A DNA stretch of 64,000 nucleotides from Phycisphaerae bacterium (GTDB taxonomy: Bacteria; Planctomycetota; Phycisphaerae; UBA1845), in assembly GCA_035344155.1 (NCBI GenBank), contig DAORAL010000003.1, positions 132,402 to 196,401 of the forward strand. The letters run 5' to 3'. The notes beneath the pieces are model-generated. The model worked only from the letters and a program-made list of their open reading frames with translations, was not told the DNA's origin and ran no database searches. Position numbers and translations under genes: made by a program. This document shows, one piece after another, positions 28,152 to 37,256 of this stretch (positions are counted from its first letter, which is position 1; the number at the start of each line of letters is the position of its first letter).

Positions 28152-29600
28152 ATGACTACCATTGTCCGCAGGATTAGTAGTGAATTCCAGTTGGCTCTCA
28201 TTGTAGCCATTACAGTAGTAGGATGCACGCCTCCGGCTGACAACGTTGGAGACTCTGGTGGCTCGGGCGACTCCGGCGATCTGGGTGGGGTGGATGGGGC
28301 TGGCGCTGCACAGCTTGTGGACAATGAATTGGTATTGAGTGTTGCGAGTTCGCGTGAGGGCGAGATTCTCAAGACGGTGGTGACAGATGGCAATGGTGAT
28401 GTTCAATTCGATCTTGAGGTCGGACGGGAGCGTGTCATATTTCTGCGTCATCGTGACAATACGGAAGCCGAGCTAGAGTTCCCCGAGCCTTTGACTGATC
28501 TTCCATCGGAGGCAGCGGCTGACGCTCTTGGACGCTTTCTTGCAGCACAGGACTATGAGGCAAGCCTCGCCGAGCGGGGTAGGATCATCGATAATCCCGG
28601 ATGCGATTGGGTGCCGAACGATCCGGCATGCATGGTGCGGTGCTGTGCAGCCCACGACGAGTGCTACTACAACGATGACTGTTCGGCATTGTCGTGGATC
28701 ACCGGGCCACTGGATTTTGACTGCTACTTGTGCAATGTGCAGGCGATCCTGTGCATTCTAAGCCGCTGTCCATTCTCCGAAGGCGACCCGGATGAGATTG
28801 GTTGCTTCGACGCGGCATGCGGCGCGGGATACGCGTGTCCGAGCTTGGACTGTGACGAGTGCGAGTCACCGTGTGTTGGTGATGACTCAACATGCGAGGG
28901 GAGTGAAAATGTCCGCCATATAAGCAGTTCTGCGTATTGGGATATGGGCGTGGGCTCGTTTGGAACCGGTCAAGATCTCCTCGGTGATAAAGCGTTTGTC
29001 GAGGGCGAGTTATTCCGTGTGCCTGAAGTGTTCACAGATGAACTCCCCTGTTCGGACGATCTGTCGTACTCGACCGCGGGTCGACTTGAGATTATTGGAA
29101 TGAACACCAGTCCGTGTTCTGGGCAAATTGCGATGAATTACGATCGCGAGCTTTCAACTCTGCCGTTCTCGGGGATTGGAGCCCTCGGCGGTGCCGATTA
29201 TTGTCGTGCGCCTGGCCGGTCAGTTCAAATTAGCATTTTCTACGAAGTCGAACTCTTTCCCTGGCAGACCTTGCATCTTGACAGTTCGTACGATCATCGG
29301 ACGGATAAAACGGCGATGATTGATCAGTTGAACATCCATGTGGCGGACTTTGATATCCGGTATGTGAACGGGCTTACAAGCGGGTGCACATTCGGACCAG
29401 GACAGAGTCCTTATACGGAAGAGTTCTGCGTCGAGGGTTCAGATTCGGTTGAGCGAGAATGGGCCTATGCGGATTTCGGCGGTGGTTCAGTTGACGAGCC
29501 GATTACCGTGCACATCACAGTGTCCTTTGTGACCTCTGCTTATCCAACTGAACCGTCGCAATCGTCGAATCTCGCCCAATGGCAGATCAGCGTCAGGTGA
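28152..29600 (+). CDS. Lipoprotein with a Cys-rich secreted-phospholipase-A2-like module
   Basis: Its lipobox is LIVAITVVGC. CCAAHDECYY at nt 28641..28670 matches the sPLA2 His active-site pattern C-C-x-x-H-D-x-C. About 20 Cys fall within about 100 aa. Confidence 0.5.
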   Translation: MTTIVRRISSEFQLALIVAITVVGCTPPADNVGDSGGSGDSGDLGGVDGAGAAQLVDNELVLSVASSREGEILKTVVTDGNGDVQFDLEVGRERVIFLRHRDNTEAELEFPEPLTDLPSEAAADALGRFLAAQDYEASLAERGRIIDNPGCDWVPNDPACMVRCCAAHDECYYNDDCSALSWITGPLDFDCYLCNVQAILCILSRCPFSEGDPDEIGCFDAACGAGYACPSLDCDECESPCVGDDSTCEGSENVRHISSSAYWDMGVGSFGTGQDLLGDKAFVEGELFRVPEVFTDELPCSDDLSYSTAGRLEIIGMNTSPCSGQIAMNYDRELSTLPFSGIGALGGADYCRAPGRSVQISIFYEVELFPWQTLHLDSSYDHRTDKTAMIDQLNIHVADFDIRYVNGLTSGCTFGPGQSPYTEEFCVEGSDSVEREWAYADFGGGSVDEPITVHITVSFVTSAYPTEPSQSSNLAQWQISVR

Positions 29601-29912
29601 GAGAATCTTTTTCGCCTTTGTTTGCCCATTTGAATAACTGTGTTAGACTTTAAGAACAATCGATGTCCGGTAGCTCTGGTGGCGGTACAGGCCGACCTAG
29701 TCGCTTGGGACAACGCATTTCAGTCTGCCCAAGCCGGGCCCATACTTCACAAACACTCTAGCTACCAACCATAGCAATTGTGGACTCACGGCGCGTCGGT
29801 CCTACGGGGCCAGACGGGTTGGCCGATGCCGTCTGCTGCACGCCAACCGACCCCACTCTGCACCCCGCCCCAAGGCCCACCATTTGAAACCATCTTGAAA
29901 TGGGGACGGCCA

Positions 29913-31379
29913 ATGTTCAGGCGATTGATTCTTGTTGTGGTCGCGGCCGCGCTGGTTCTCGCGCTTTGTGGCGGATGCCCACCGGATTCTACCGGTGACA
30001 ACGGTGGCGGCGCGGGCGGTAACGTCGATGACAACAACGTCGACAACAACAATGGCGATGACGTCAATTCCAACGGGGCAAACGGCAGCAACGATTCCGG
30101 CGCGGGTGGAAGCGGGTCGGGTAGTTCGACCGCAATCGGGGCGGTGGTTGGAGAGCGTCTTCGCGCCACCGACTTTGCGTATCAAGGGGCATTTCGATTG
30201 CCCGACGAATTCAATTGGGGGGCACGGGGATTGTCGTTTTACCCTGATGGCAGCGATGGGGCGGGATCGCTCTTGGTCACGGGATTCGAGTTGTTGATGG
30301 ATCCCGCGCACCCGAACGAGACTTGCGGAGATCCTTCCTGGGGGTGCGGCGCCTACTATGGCGAAGTGACCATTCCCGCCCCAACTGCTGCCGCCAACTG
30401 GGAAGACCTTCCGGTGGCTACGTTGTCCGCGCCCCTGATTGAATTTGACGGTGGACTCGCGTCGTCGGTTCATCGCGAATACGTCTTCGTCAGTGATCTT
30501 GAGTACGTGCCCCAACGCGGCAGTCAGACCAGCCCCAAACTCTACGGTTCCATCGACGTCTGGTACGCCGAAGGCGTAGCCGGTGAAGATACGTTTCCCA
30601 CGGTCTGGCTGGCCAACATGGACGGGAGCGGTGCGGCAGGGATGTTTCACGTTGGACCTGAGCAAGAACCTTACCATGGCCGCAAAGTCGGGTCTTACAT
30701 GTTTACCGTGCCCAACTGGTACGCAGATCAGTATCTCAACGGGCGCACGTTGGTGACGGGGCGATCCAGGGGCACGCCAGCTGACGGCGCTGAACCCGTT
30801 ACCACGCGCGGCGGTTCACAAGGTCCGACGCTTTTTGCATTTCAGCCGTTCGATAGCGATGCGCCGACTGGCAACCTCGATGCGATGCCGTTCTTGTACT
30901 ATCGAGTGAGTTTTCCGGGATGTGCGGGGCCCAATGTAGGCGACGTCGCCAATTGTGACTATCCGAACTTCACGATGTGCGACGATTGGTCCGGCGGCGC
31001 GTTTGCCGACACCGGTACGCGGCGGGCGATCATGCTCCTTGGATACAAAGGGCTCGGGCCGAATTGCTACGACGAACCACCTGTCGAATGCAACGATCCA
31101 TGCAGCGATTCGCATGGTTATCACTGTCAGCCGAACGAACGGCAGATCATTTTCTACGATGTCCACGAACTGGGGCAGACGGCGCTCGGTGCGCAGGACC
31201 CGTGGGTGGTTCTGCCGTACGAGATCTGGCGTCCCGATGAATTCTATCTGGATGGAAGTCCGTGCTGGAATGTTGGCGGCATGGCGTTCGACGCAGTTGG
31301 ACGCCGGTTGTTTGTTGTCGAACGCGGTTTGGGCGACGGCGAAATGAACGCGGCTGTGGTTCACGTCTGGTCGCTATAG
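29913..31379 (+). CDS. Hypothetical lipoprotein with N-terminal G/N/D/S low-complexity linker
   Basis: It has a signal and lipobox (LVLALCGGC), followed by GGGAGGNVDDNNVDNNNGDDVNSNGANGSNDSGAGGSGSGSS. The 400-aa globular part has no motif I recognise. Confidence 0.5.
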   Translation: MFRRLILVVVAAALVLALCGGCPPDSTGDNGGGAGGNVDDNNVDNNNGDDVNSNGANGSNDSGAGGSGSGSSTAIGAVVGERLRATDFAYQGAFRLPDEFNWGARGLSFYPDGSDGAGSLLVTGFELLMDPAHPNETCGDPSWGCGAYYGEVTIPAPTAAANWEDLPVATLSAPLIEFDGGLASSVHREYVFVSDLEYVPQRGSQTSPKLYGSIDVWYAEGVAGEDTFPTVWLANMDGSGAAGMFHVGPEQEPYHGRKVGSYMFTVPNWYADQYLNGRTLVTGRSRGTPADGAEPVTTRGGSQGPTLFAFQPFDSDAPTGNLDAMPFLYYRVSFPGCAGPNVGDVANCDYPNFTMCDDWSGGAFADTGTRRAIMLLGYKGLGPNCYDEPPVECNDPCSDSHGYHCQPNERQIIFYDVHELGQTALGAQDPWVVLPYEIWRPDEFYLDGSPCWNVGGMAFDAVGRRLFVVERGLGDGEMNAAVVHVWSL

Positions 31380-31423
31380 CAGTGTGGCAGTCTTGTTCGA
31401 GGCGCGACTCGCTTCCAAGCCGG

Positions 31424-31465
31424 CGATGGGATGACGTTGAGGATTCGCGTCATCCCATCGTTTTT
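31424..31465 (+). terminator. Rho-independent terminator
   Basis: CGATGGGATGACG pairs with CGTCATCCCATCG (13-bp stem) and is followed by TTTTT. Confidence 0.85.
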
Positions 31466-31481
31466 CAATTGGCCACATGAG

Positions 31482-31829
31482 CTACTTCTTGCTTTCGAGG
31501 TAATCCAGCGCGTGGATCACCTCGGGCATGTGCGTGTACGCCGGTCCGCCCTGCATCACCACCACGACGCCAGCCGCTTCAATGATCTGCTCGCGGGTCG
31601 CGCCGGCTTTTAGGCATTTGTCGATGTGCAGGTTCATGCACTGCTCGCACCGGACTGCCAGCCCGATGGAGAAGGCGATCAACTCTTTTTCGCGAACGCT
31701 CAGCGCGCCCTCTTTCATCAGCGCCTGAAACATTCCGCCGAAACCGCGCATGACGTCCGGCGTCGATTCCTTCATTTCACGCTGATTCGTTTCCCATTGC
31801 TCAAAAAACGTCGCAACATCTCTGGACAT
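31482..31829 (-). CDS. Carboxymuconolactone decarboxylase/AhpD-family protein (CxxC)
   Basis: 115 aa with ELIAFSIGLAVRCEQCMNLHIDKCLKAGAT, the AhpD-core pattern. Confidence 0.8.
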   Translation of the reverse strand: MSRDVATFFEQWETNQREMKESTPDVMRGFGGMFQALMKEGALSVREKELIAFSIGLAVRCEQCMNLHIDKCLKAGATREQIIEAAGVVVVMQGGPAYTHMPEVIHALDYLESKK

Positions 31830-31878
31830 GTTTCTCTCCTTTATGGTTTCAAGATGACCTCGCCGTGATACGTGTTTA

Positions 31879-32292
31879 TTAGCTGAGCAATCGCTTCAGT
31901 TCGTTCGCATGCCCGTCTTCATCCGCGGCTTGCTCTTCCATTTTCATTTTCAGGCTGAAATAGCCTTCTTTTTCCGCCAATTGCGAAAGCTTGATGTAGT
32001 GGGCAACGTCGATGCGTTCCTGCTCGATGTCGTTGGCCAGCATCGTCTTGACGTCTTCGGGTGGAGCCGTGAGATCGGGTGCAAGGGTTGGCTTTCCACC
32101 GAGCGCGCGAATTGCGTTGGCGAGCAGTTGGGCGTGTCCGACTTCGTCCTGCACTTCGCTGGCGTAGAGAACGCGAACGGGTTCCCACTGCGCCCCTTTG
32201 ATCGAAGCGGCTTGCAACATGTATCGAAGAAACGTGCCCACCTCGCGATTGAGTGCGTGGTTGAGTCCATCAATCAGTTCTTGTGATGCCAT
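31879..32292 (-). CDS. Ferritin-like/bacterioferritin-family protein
   Basis: Di-iron-type ligands are present in NREVGTFLRY, EVQDEVGHAQLL, EQERIDVAHY and EEQAADEDGHANEL. The ATG at 32292 is preceded by AAGGA; the longer ORF would need a TTG start. Confidence 0.6.
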   Translation of the reverse strand: MASQELIDGLNHALNREVGTFLRYMLQAASIKGAQWEPVRVLYASEVQDEVGHAQLLANAIRALGGKPTLAPDLTAPPEDVKTMLANDIEQERIDVAHYIKLSQLAEKEGYFSLKMKMEEQAADEDGHANELKRLLS

Positions 32293-32340
32293 CGGAATTC
32301 CTTTCAAAAGCTTGTCATGGGTGTACGTCAAAATATCTGC

Positions 32341-33780
32341 CTAGGTCGACGCGGTCGCGCAGGCAACGTGAACGCTTTCGCCCTTTGAATTTAGTGCGGG
32401 GTAGCCAGCCGCCGACCATGCCGACATGCCGCCATCGACGTTGGCGATGTCGGTGTAGCCTTCTCGTTTCAGCAATGATGCGGCGATCGATGCGCGGTAT
32501 CCCGATCCGCAGATCACCGCCACCGGTTGATCGCGTGGGACGCGGTCGAAATGCTGCGGAAGCGTTCCGCCGTGAACGTGGATGGCGCCGTCGAGGTGAC
32601 CGTTGTTCCATTCCGATTCGGTGCGGACATCGAGCACGATCATGTTGCCAATCCGATCGTGAAGTTGTTGCGCGGTCATCGTGGAGAGCTTTGCCGTCGC
32701 GTACCCGCGCTTCTCCCAATCATCCATGCCAATCAGAAAACCCTGAACGTCGTCGAATCCAACCCGCACCAGGTGCGTCGCGACAGTTGGCATTTGCTCG
32801 ACGTCATCGGCGACGACGAGAATCGGGCGATCATAAGGCAGGATCCAACCCGCCCACGTCGGGAGCATCGGACCGAGGGGAATGTTGATCGCGCCGGGAA
32901 TGTGGCCGCCTGCAAATGCTTCCTTGGAGCGAACGTCGAGCACGAGATGGCTGACATCTTTTCGCCCGTGGACTTCGTCGACAGTGAGAACGCATTGACC
33001 GGGAAGTTCAGACCCGAGAACTTTGGGGCCTTCCTTGTTGATGCGTTTCATCCGCGCGAAGTAGGGCGGTGACAGCGGCATCTGGTCCATCAGGTCGCCG
33101 ATCCACTGCGATTCGGGTTTTTCGATCAGGGCGGCATTGAAGTGCCGTTCGTAACCCACGGTTGAAGAACCCCTCGAACCGATGGCCTTGCCGCAGAGCG
33201 AACCGGCACCATGCCCCGGGAAAATCTCGGCGAATTCGGGCCAATCCGGCATTCGATTGAACACGCTCTTGTAAAGCTGACTGGCAAGCACCTTGCGCGC
33301 CTCCTCACCAAGCAGGTCGGGACGCCCAACGTCACCAACAAATGCAAAGTCACCGGTGAAGATCAGCCAGGGGGACTCATTGCTGCGTTGGTCGTCAAAC
33401 AGCGCCCATGAAAGATGCTCCAGCGTGTGACCGGGTGTGTGCATCGCAACAAGCCGCAAACTCCCCATGACCACGGGGTCGCCATCCTGGACGATGTGGT
33501 CGGCATAGGTCGGCGTCCAGTCGGGGCCACCCATTCCCGATGCGTGAACGGTGACCGATGAACCCAGGCGGGCTTTCAATTCCCGCGAACCGCTGACGAA
33601 ATCGGCGTGGACGTGCGTCTCCAAGACGTGTTTGATTTGCAGGCCATTCTGTTTGGCGATGTCGATGAATTCGTCCACGTCGCGGGTCGGATCGATGATC
33701 GCCGCTTGTTTGGTCCTTTCGTCGCCCACGATGTATGAATAGATGGCCAATCCTGGCACGAATTTTTGATGAAAAAACAT
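32341..33780 (-). CDS. MBL-fold persulfide dioxygenase fused to two rhodanese domains (Blh/CstB-like)
   Basis: It has ETHVHADFVSG (HxHxDH). The C-terminal rhodanese domain carries the active loop CGSGYR. Confidence 0.8.
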   Translation of the reverse strand: MFFHQKFVPGLAIYSYIVGDERTKQAAIIDPTRDVDEFIDIAKQNGLQIKHVLETHVHADFVSGSRELKARLGSSVTVHASGMGGPDWTPTYADHIVQDGDPVVMGSLRLVAMHTPGHTLEHLSWALFDDQRSNESPWLIFTGDFAFVGDVGRPDLLGEEARKVLASQLYKSVFNRMPDWPEFAEIFPGHGAGSLCGKAIGSRGSSTVGYERHFNAALIEKPESQWIGDLMDQMPLSPPYFARMKRINKEGPKVLGSELPGQCVLTVDEVHGRKDVSHLVLDVRSKEAFAGGHIPGAINIPLGPMLPTWAGWILPYDRPILVVADDVEQMPTVATHLVRVGFDDVQGFLIGMDDWEKRGYATAKLSTMTAQQLHDRIGNMIVLDVRTESEWNNGHLDGAIHVHGGTLPQHFDRVPRDQPVAVICGSGYRASIAASLLKREGYTDIANVDGGMSAWSAAGYPALNSKGESVHVACATAST

Positions 33781-33794
33781 ATTGAGTCTCCTCT

Positions 33795-34604
33795 CTAAGC
33801 CAGCGTCTTTCCAATGACAAACAGCGCAACGGCGACAATACCCACGGAAAACACCCGTTGAAGTCTTACCGCCGACATGCGCCGCGCCACGCGCCCTCCT
33901 GCGGTCATTCCGAGTATTCCTCCTGCAATAAACATGCCAGTGATCGAGGGTGAAATACCCCGCCCGGCGACAAAATGCGATGAAACACCTGAAACACTCA
34001 CCAAGACGATCACCAAGAGTGACGTCGCGATCGCCTTGTGAATGGGCATCCCCGCGAACATCACCAATGCCGGGACAATCACGAACCCGCCGCCCACGCC
34101 AAACATCCCAGAGAGGACACCGGTCAAAAGTCCCAGTGCAATCAGCAGCAGCGTACAGCGTGAAGTGAGCCGGATCGCGCCAGCCGGCGATCGTTCGCAG
34201 TTGGCCGGTCGGCGATTGGTGTCACCTTGTGGCACTTGCCTGTCGTTGGCGGCTGACCGCCACATGCTCTGCGCGATTAGCAGCATCAGTGCGGCAAATA
34301 GCGTCAAAAGAACCGGTTCCGCGATCATGCCAGCCAACCAGGTCCCTGCCGGCGCCCCGACCATCCCGCCGGCTGCGAAAATCAGACCCGTGCCAACTTC
34401 GGCTTGTCCGGCGATGATGCGCGGAACCGCCCCAACCAGCGCCGTCGCCCCGACCGCGGCCAGCGAAATGCCAAAGGCCTCGCGCGGTGCGACCGAAAGC
34501 CCGTAAACCAGCAGCGGAACCGCCAGCAGCGACCCACCACCACCGGTCATCCCCAGGGCGAACCCGACCAAGGCGCCAAAAAGTACACTTAACGCGTACA
34601 ACAT
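33795..34604 (-). CDS. TauE/SafE (DUF81) sulfite/anion exporter family membrane protein
   Basis: Start taken at MLYALSVLFGALVGFALGMTGGGGS. The protein is polytopic and has a second GVGGGF repeat. Confidence 0.8.
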   Translation of the reverse strand: MLYALSVLFGALVGFALGMTGGGGSLLAVPLLVYGLSVAPREAFGISLAAVGATALVGAVPRIIAGQAEVGTGLIFAAGGMVGAPAGTWLAGMIAEPVLLTLFAALMLLIAQSMWRSAANDRQVPQGDTNRRPANCERSPAGAIRLTSRCTLLLIALGLLTGVLSGMFGVGGGFVIVPALVMFAGMPIHKAIATSLLVIVLVSVSGVSSHFVAGRGISPSITGMFIAGGILGMTAGGRVARRMSAVRLQRVFSVGIVAVALFVIGKTLA

Positions 34605-35149
34605 GAGGGGGCCTCTTCCTTGACCTGGTTCCACGGCATTTTTGCAAGCATCATGGCCATCCCGCACGTGTCGGTGATGCCCGCGAACGTCAAACCCGCG
34701 CCGACGAACGCCGACAGACCGATGAAGTAGCGGTGAACGAAGTACCCGAGCACCGCACCGGTCAAGACGAGTAAGCCCGCAACGATCCGCACCTGACGTT
34801 CGAGCGAGATCGCACCCTTTCCGCGATTGACCGGTAAGCCGAGTTTGTCCCAGGCTTCGGTTCCCCCGACGACACTGACCACGTTGGCGTAACCGCTTTT
34901 GATGAGCTGTTCGCACGCCTTGGTCGATCGCGTACCGCTTCGGCAAATCAGATAGACGGGCTCGTCTGATTGCGTGCTTCCGTTTTGGCAGACGGCGTCT
35001 GGTTTGATGGCATCGAGCGGGACATTGCGGGCGGGCGTCGCGTGAACGGAGCGGAACTCAGCCGGCGTGCGCACGTCAATGAGGTTGATCGGTTTTCCCT
35101 GACGGATGAGTTCATGAAGTTCGGTTGGGGTGATCGTTTTGGGGTTCAT
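34589..35149 (-). CDS. YgaP-like membrane rhodanese (rhodanese + DUF2892)
   Basis: The active loop is CRSGTRS. The C-terminal 2-TM tail ends in TDTCGMAMMLAKMPWN. Confidence 0.8.
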   Translation of the reverse strand: MNPKTITPTELHELIRQGKPINLIDVRTPAEFRSVHATPARNVPLDAIKPDAVCQNGSTQSDEPVYLICRSGTRSTKACEQLIKSGYANVVSVVGGTEAWDKLGLPVNRGKGAISLERQVRIVAGLLVLTGAVLGYFVHRYFIGLSAFVGAGLTFAGITDTCGMAMMLAKMPWNQVKEEAPSCCTR

Positions 35150-35166
35150 GATTCAACGGCTCCTTG

Positions 35167-35198
35167 AATATCGAAATATCGCGAACTTTCGAGATATT
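35167..35198. promoter_or_regulatory. AT-rich imperfect palindrome AATATCGAAA-N10-TTTCGAGATATT upstream of the ygaP-like gene
   Basis: The arms pair with a 1-nt bulge. The ATCTCGAAA element recurs at 35614..35622 in the bigR promoter region. Confidence 0.4.
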
Positions 35199-35241
35199 GG
35201 GTCAAAATAAAATCGCCCTGACGGCTATGTGATATCGACGG

Positions 35242-35562
35242 TCATTTTGAAAACCGACTTTCGATGCAGTTGATGATGTCGGCAAGGTGGGGTTCAGCCA
35301 CCTGGTAATAGACCTTTCGCCCGTCGCGTTCGCTGGTGAAAAACCCGCACCGCTGCATCAGACGCAGATGCTCGGAGGCGACGTTATCGGGGATGCCGCA
35401 GTCCTCGGCCAACTCACCGACGGTGTACCGCCCGGAAAGCAGCATCTGCACCATGCGAATCCGAGCGGGATGGGCGAGCACCCGCAAGCACTCAGCCGCC
35501 TGCCCCAAGGACTCGGCCCCAAGCTCAACAGGCTTCCTGGATTTTCGGACCGCCCTGGCCAT
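35242..35562 (-). CDS. ArsR/SmtB-family repressor, BigR-like (two-Cys sulfide/persulfide sensor type)
   Basis: It has the winged HTH LRVLAHPARIRMVQMLLSGRYTVGELAE. One Cys lies in AAECLRV and a C-terminal Cys in INCIESRF. It heads the operon that contains the blh-like gene. AAGGAG precedes the ATG. Confidence 0.7.
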   Translation of the reverse strand: MARAVRKSRKPVELGAESLGQAAECLRVLAHPARIRMVQMLLSGRYTVGELAEDCGIPDNVASEHLRLMQRCGFFTSERDGRKVYYQVAEPHLADIINCIESRFSK

Positions 35563-35583
35563 CCTAAGCTCCTTAATGTCAAT

Positions 35584-35603
35584 ATATCGTAAGATGACGA
35601 TAT
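35584..35603. promoter_or_regulatory. Inverted repeat ATATCGT-N6-ACGATAT in the divergent promoter region
   Basis: It lies 22-41 nt upstream of the bigR-like ATG, in an unusually AT-rich stretch. Confidence 0.4.
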
Positions 35604-35764
35604 GTCAAGTGGAAATCTCGAAATATTGATCGCGTGGGCAAAAACACGGATGGGGGCCTGTTGTGGGCTGTCGCCAGCGGGAAATGAACCGATGCTTTCG
35701 AGGCCCACTACATGAGCGGACCAATTCGGTGCATGGCCCATTGGGGTGGTCTATACTCAACGTG

Positions 35765-36229
35765 ATGACGCTGATACCAAGATCAATCAAGCGGTGGCTG
35801 GGGGCTCGATCTGTGTTTCGGATGTTTATGTTGCTCGGGGGATTGGCAGCATGTCTGTTCGTTGTGACTGCGTGGTTGGTGAGTTTGTACTGGCGAATAG
35901 GATACGCGTCTTTAGAAATCGAATTCCAACTTCATGCGGGTGTGGTGTGTTTCTTGTACCTACCGGGAGGAGACATACTGCACGAGGGCGGTTGGTCAAT
36001 GACGCACAGCGAATCGAGCTTGGCCAAGCACTGGTGGATCAAAACGTTGGACTACAATCCATCATCCATGTGGATGATCCCGCTATGGTTGTTCATCGTG
36101 CCGTTCCTACTCGCGACATTGGTCGCATGGCGAAGCAAACCTGTTCGACTGAACGGCTGCATTCGATGTAATTACGATCTAACGGGCAACGAATCCGGCA
36201 TCTGCCCAGAATGTGGCGGGAAAATATGA
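35765..36229 (+). CDS. Zn-ribbon membrane paralog 1 of 5
   Basis: TM1 is FMLLGGLAACLFVVTAWLV and TM2 is MIPLWLFIVPFLLATLVAW. The C-terminus reads CIRCNYDLTGNESGICPECG. Confidence 0.7.
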   Translation: MTLIPRSIKRWLGARSVFRMFMLLGGLAACLFVVTAWLVSLYWRIGYASLEIEFQLHAGVVCFLYLPGGDILHEGGWSMTHSESSLAKHWWIKTLDYNPSSMWMIPLWLFIVPFLLATLVAWRSKPVRLNGCIRCNYDLTGNESGICPECGGKI

Positions 36230-36639
36230 TTCGCAATTCGATCATTGTGCTATCGATTCTTCTGGTTGTGCTTGCGGGCGGCATGTGGATTGCAAGTTTC
36301 GGTAGCAGAATAACGGCACATAGTTCAAGAGTAGGTGACTTTCAATACTTGGTGTATTTCGAGTCGGGGCATTGCTATTTGGAGAAAAGCAACATCTGGG
36401 TTTGCTCGTTTTGGTGGCCGGCTTCTTGGTATTGGGAGAACAGGGGGCTTGCGGGGGCAATGATCAAGTTTCCTCTTTGGGCTCCATTCCTCATGTTTTG
36501 CATCCCCCCGGCCGTCGCATTCGTCCAGGGCCCACTGCGTCGTTACCGTCGGCGCAATCGCAATCAATGCATCCAGTGCGGCTACAGCCTTACGGGAAAC
36601 ACATCGGGTATTTGTCCGGAGTGCGGGATGCAGGCATGA
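36226..36639 (+). CDS. Zn-ribbon membrane paralog 2 of 5
   Basis: It starts MIRNSIIVLSILLVVLAGG and has ...FPLWAPFLMFCIPPAVAFVQGPLRRYRRRNRNQCIQCGYSLTGNTSGICPECG. It overlaps gene 1 as ATGA. Confidence 0.75.
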   Translation: MIRNSIIVLSILLVVLAGGMWIASFGSRITAHSSRVGDFQYLVYFESGHCYLEKSNIWVCSFWWPASWYWENRGLAGAMIKFPLWAPFLMFCIPPAVAFVQGPLRRYRRRNRNQCIQCGYSLTGNTSGICPECGMQA

Positions 36640-37256
36640 TCCGAAAATCTGCAATCATATTTCTCACTTTGTGTTTCATCGCCTCGGCTGGATTGTGTGT
36701 GGCGAGCTACGCAACCGCAATCAAATGGAAAATTGGCGATCCCGTTCTTTTGTTCGATCGTCAGGCATTGGTCGTGTCGATCGATTCGGGAAGAATGGTG
36801 GTCAATTGGGGACGGCGCGATGAATGGAAATCCGAGGACGGGCGTATCATTCACTGCTATTTCTCATTCGGCGAATACGTGCCGCCAAACAATCCGATTC
36901 CAGGCGTCCGCTACGGTCTTCAGCAAATCTACATCACGGGTAGGACGTCATTCAGGACGGAAAAACCAGAGCGAGCAACCTTTGTTACTCGACCGGGCGG
37001 CATCAATACAAATGGAATAGTATTCGAATTGCCAACCTTAATCCCCATGCAGGATCGGGCAACAAGAACGGAACTCACGATTTGGATTGCGATGTGGCTT
37101 CCAATTGCACTATTCGGAATCTTCCCTCTGTTCGCTTTCATCTACGGCCCGCTGCGTCGTCGCCGTCGTCGCAAACACAATCAATGCCTTCGTTGCGGTT
37201 ATAGCCTTACGGGCTTAACTGAGCCTCGATGCCCGGAATGCGGTGAAGAAATATGA
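36636..37256 (+). CDS. Zn-ribbon membrane paralog 3 of 5
   Basis: It starts MIRKSAIIFLTLCFIASAGL and has ...WLPIALFGIFPLFAFIYGPLRRRRRRKHNQCLRCGYSLTGLTEPRCPECG. It overlaps gene 2 as ATGA. Confidence 0.75.
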   Translation: MIRKSAIIFLTLCFIASAGLCVASYATAIKWKIGDPVLLFDRQALVVSIDSGRMVVNWGRRDEWKSEDGRIIHCYFSFGEYVPPNNPIPGVRYGLQQIYITGRTSFRTEKPERATFVTRPGGINTNGIVFELPTLIPMQDRATRTELTIWIAMWLPIALFGIFPLFAFIYGPLRRRRRRKHNQCLRCGYSLTGLTEPRCPECGEEI

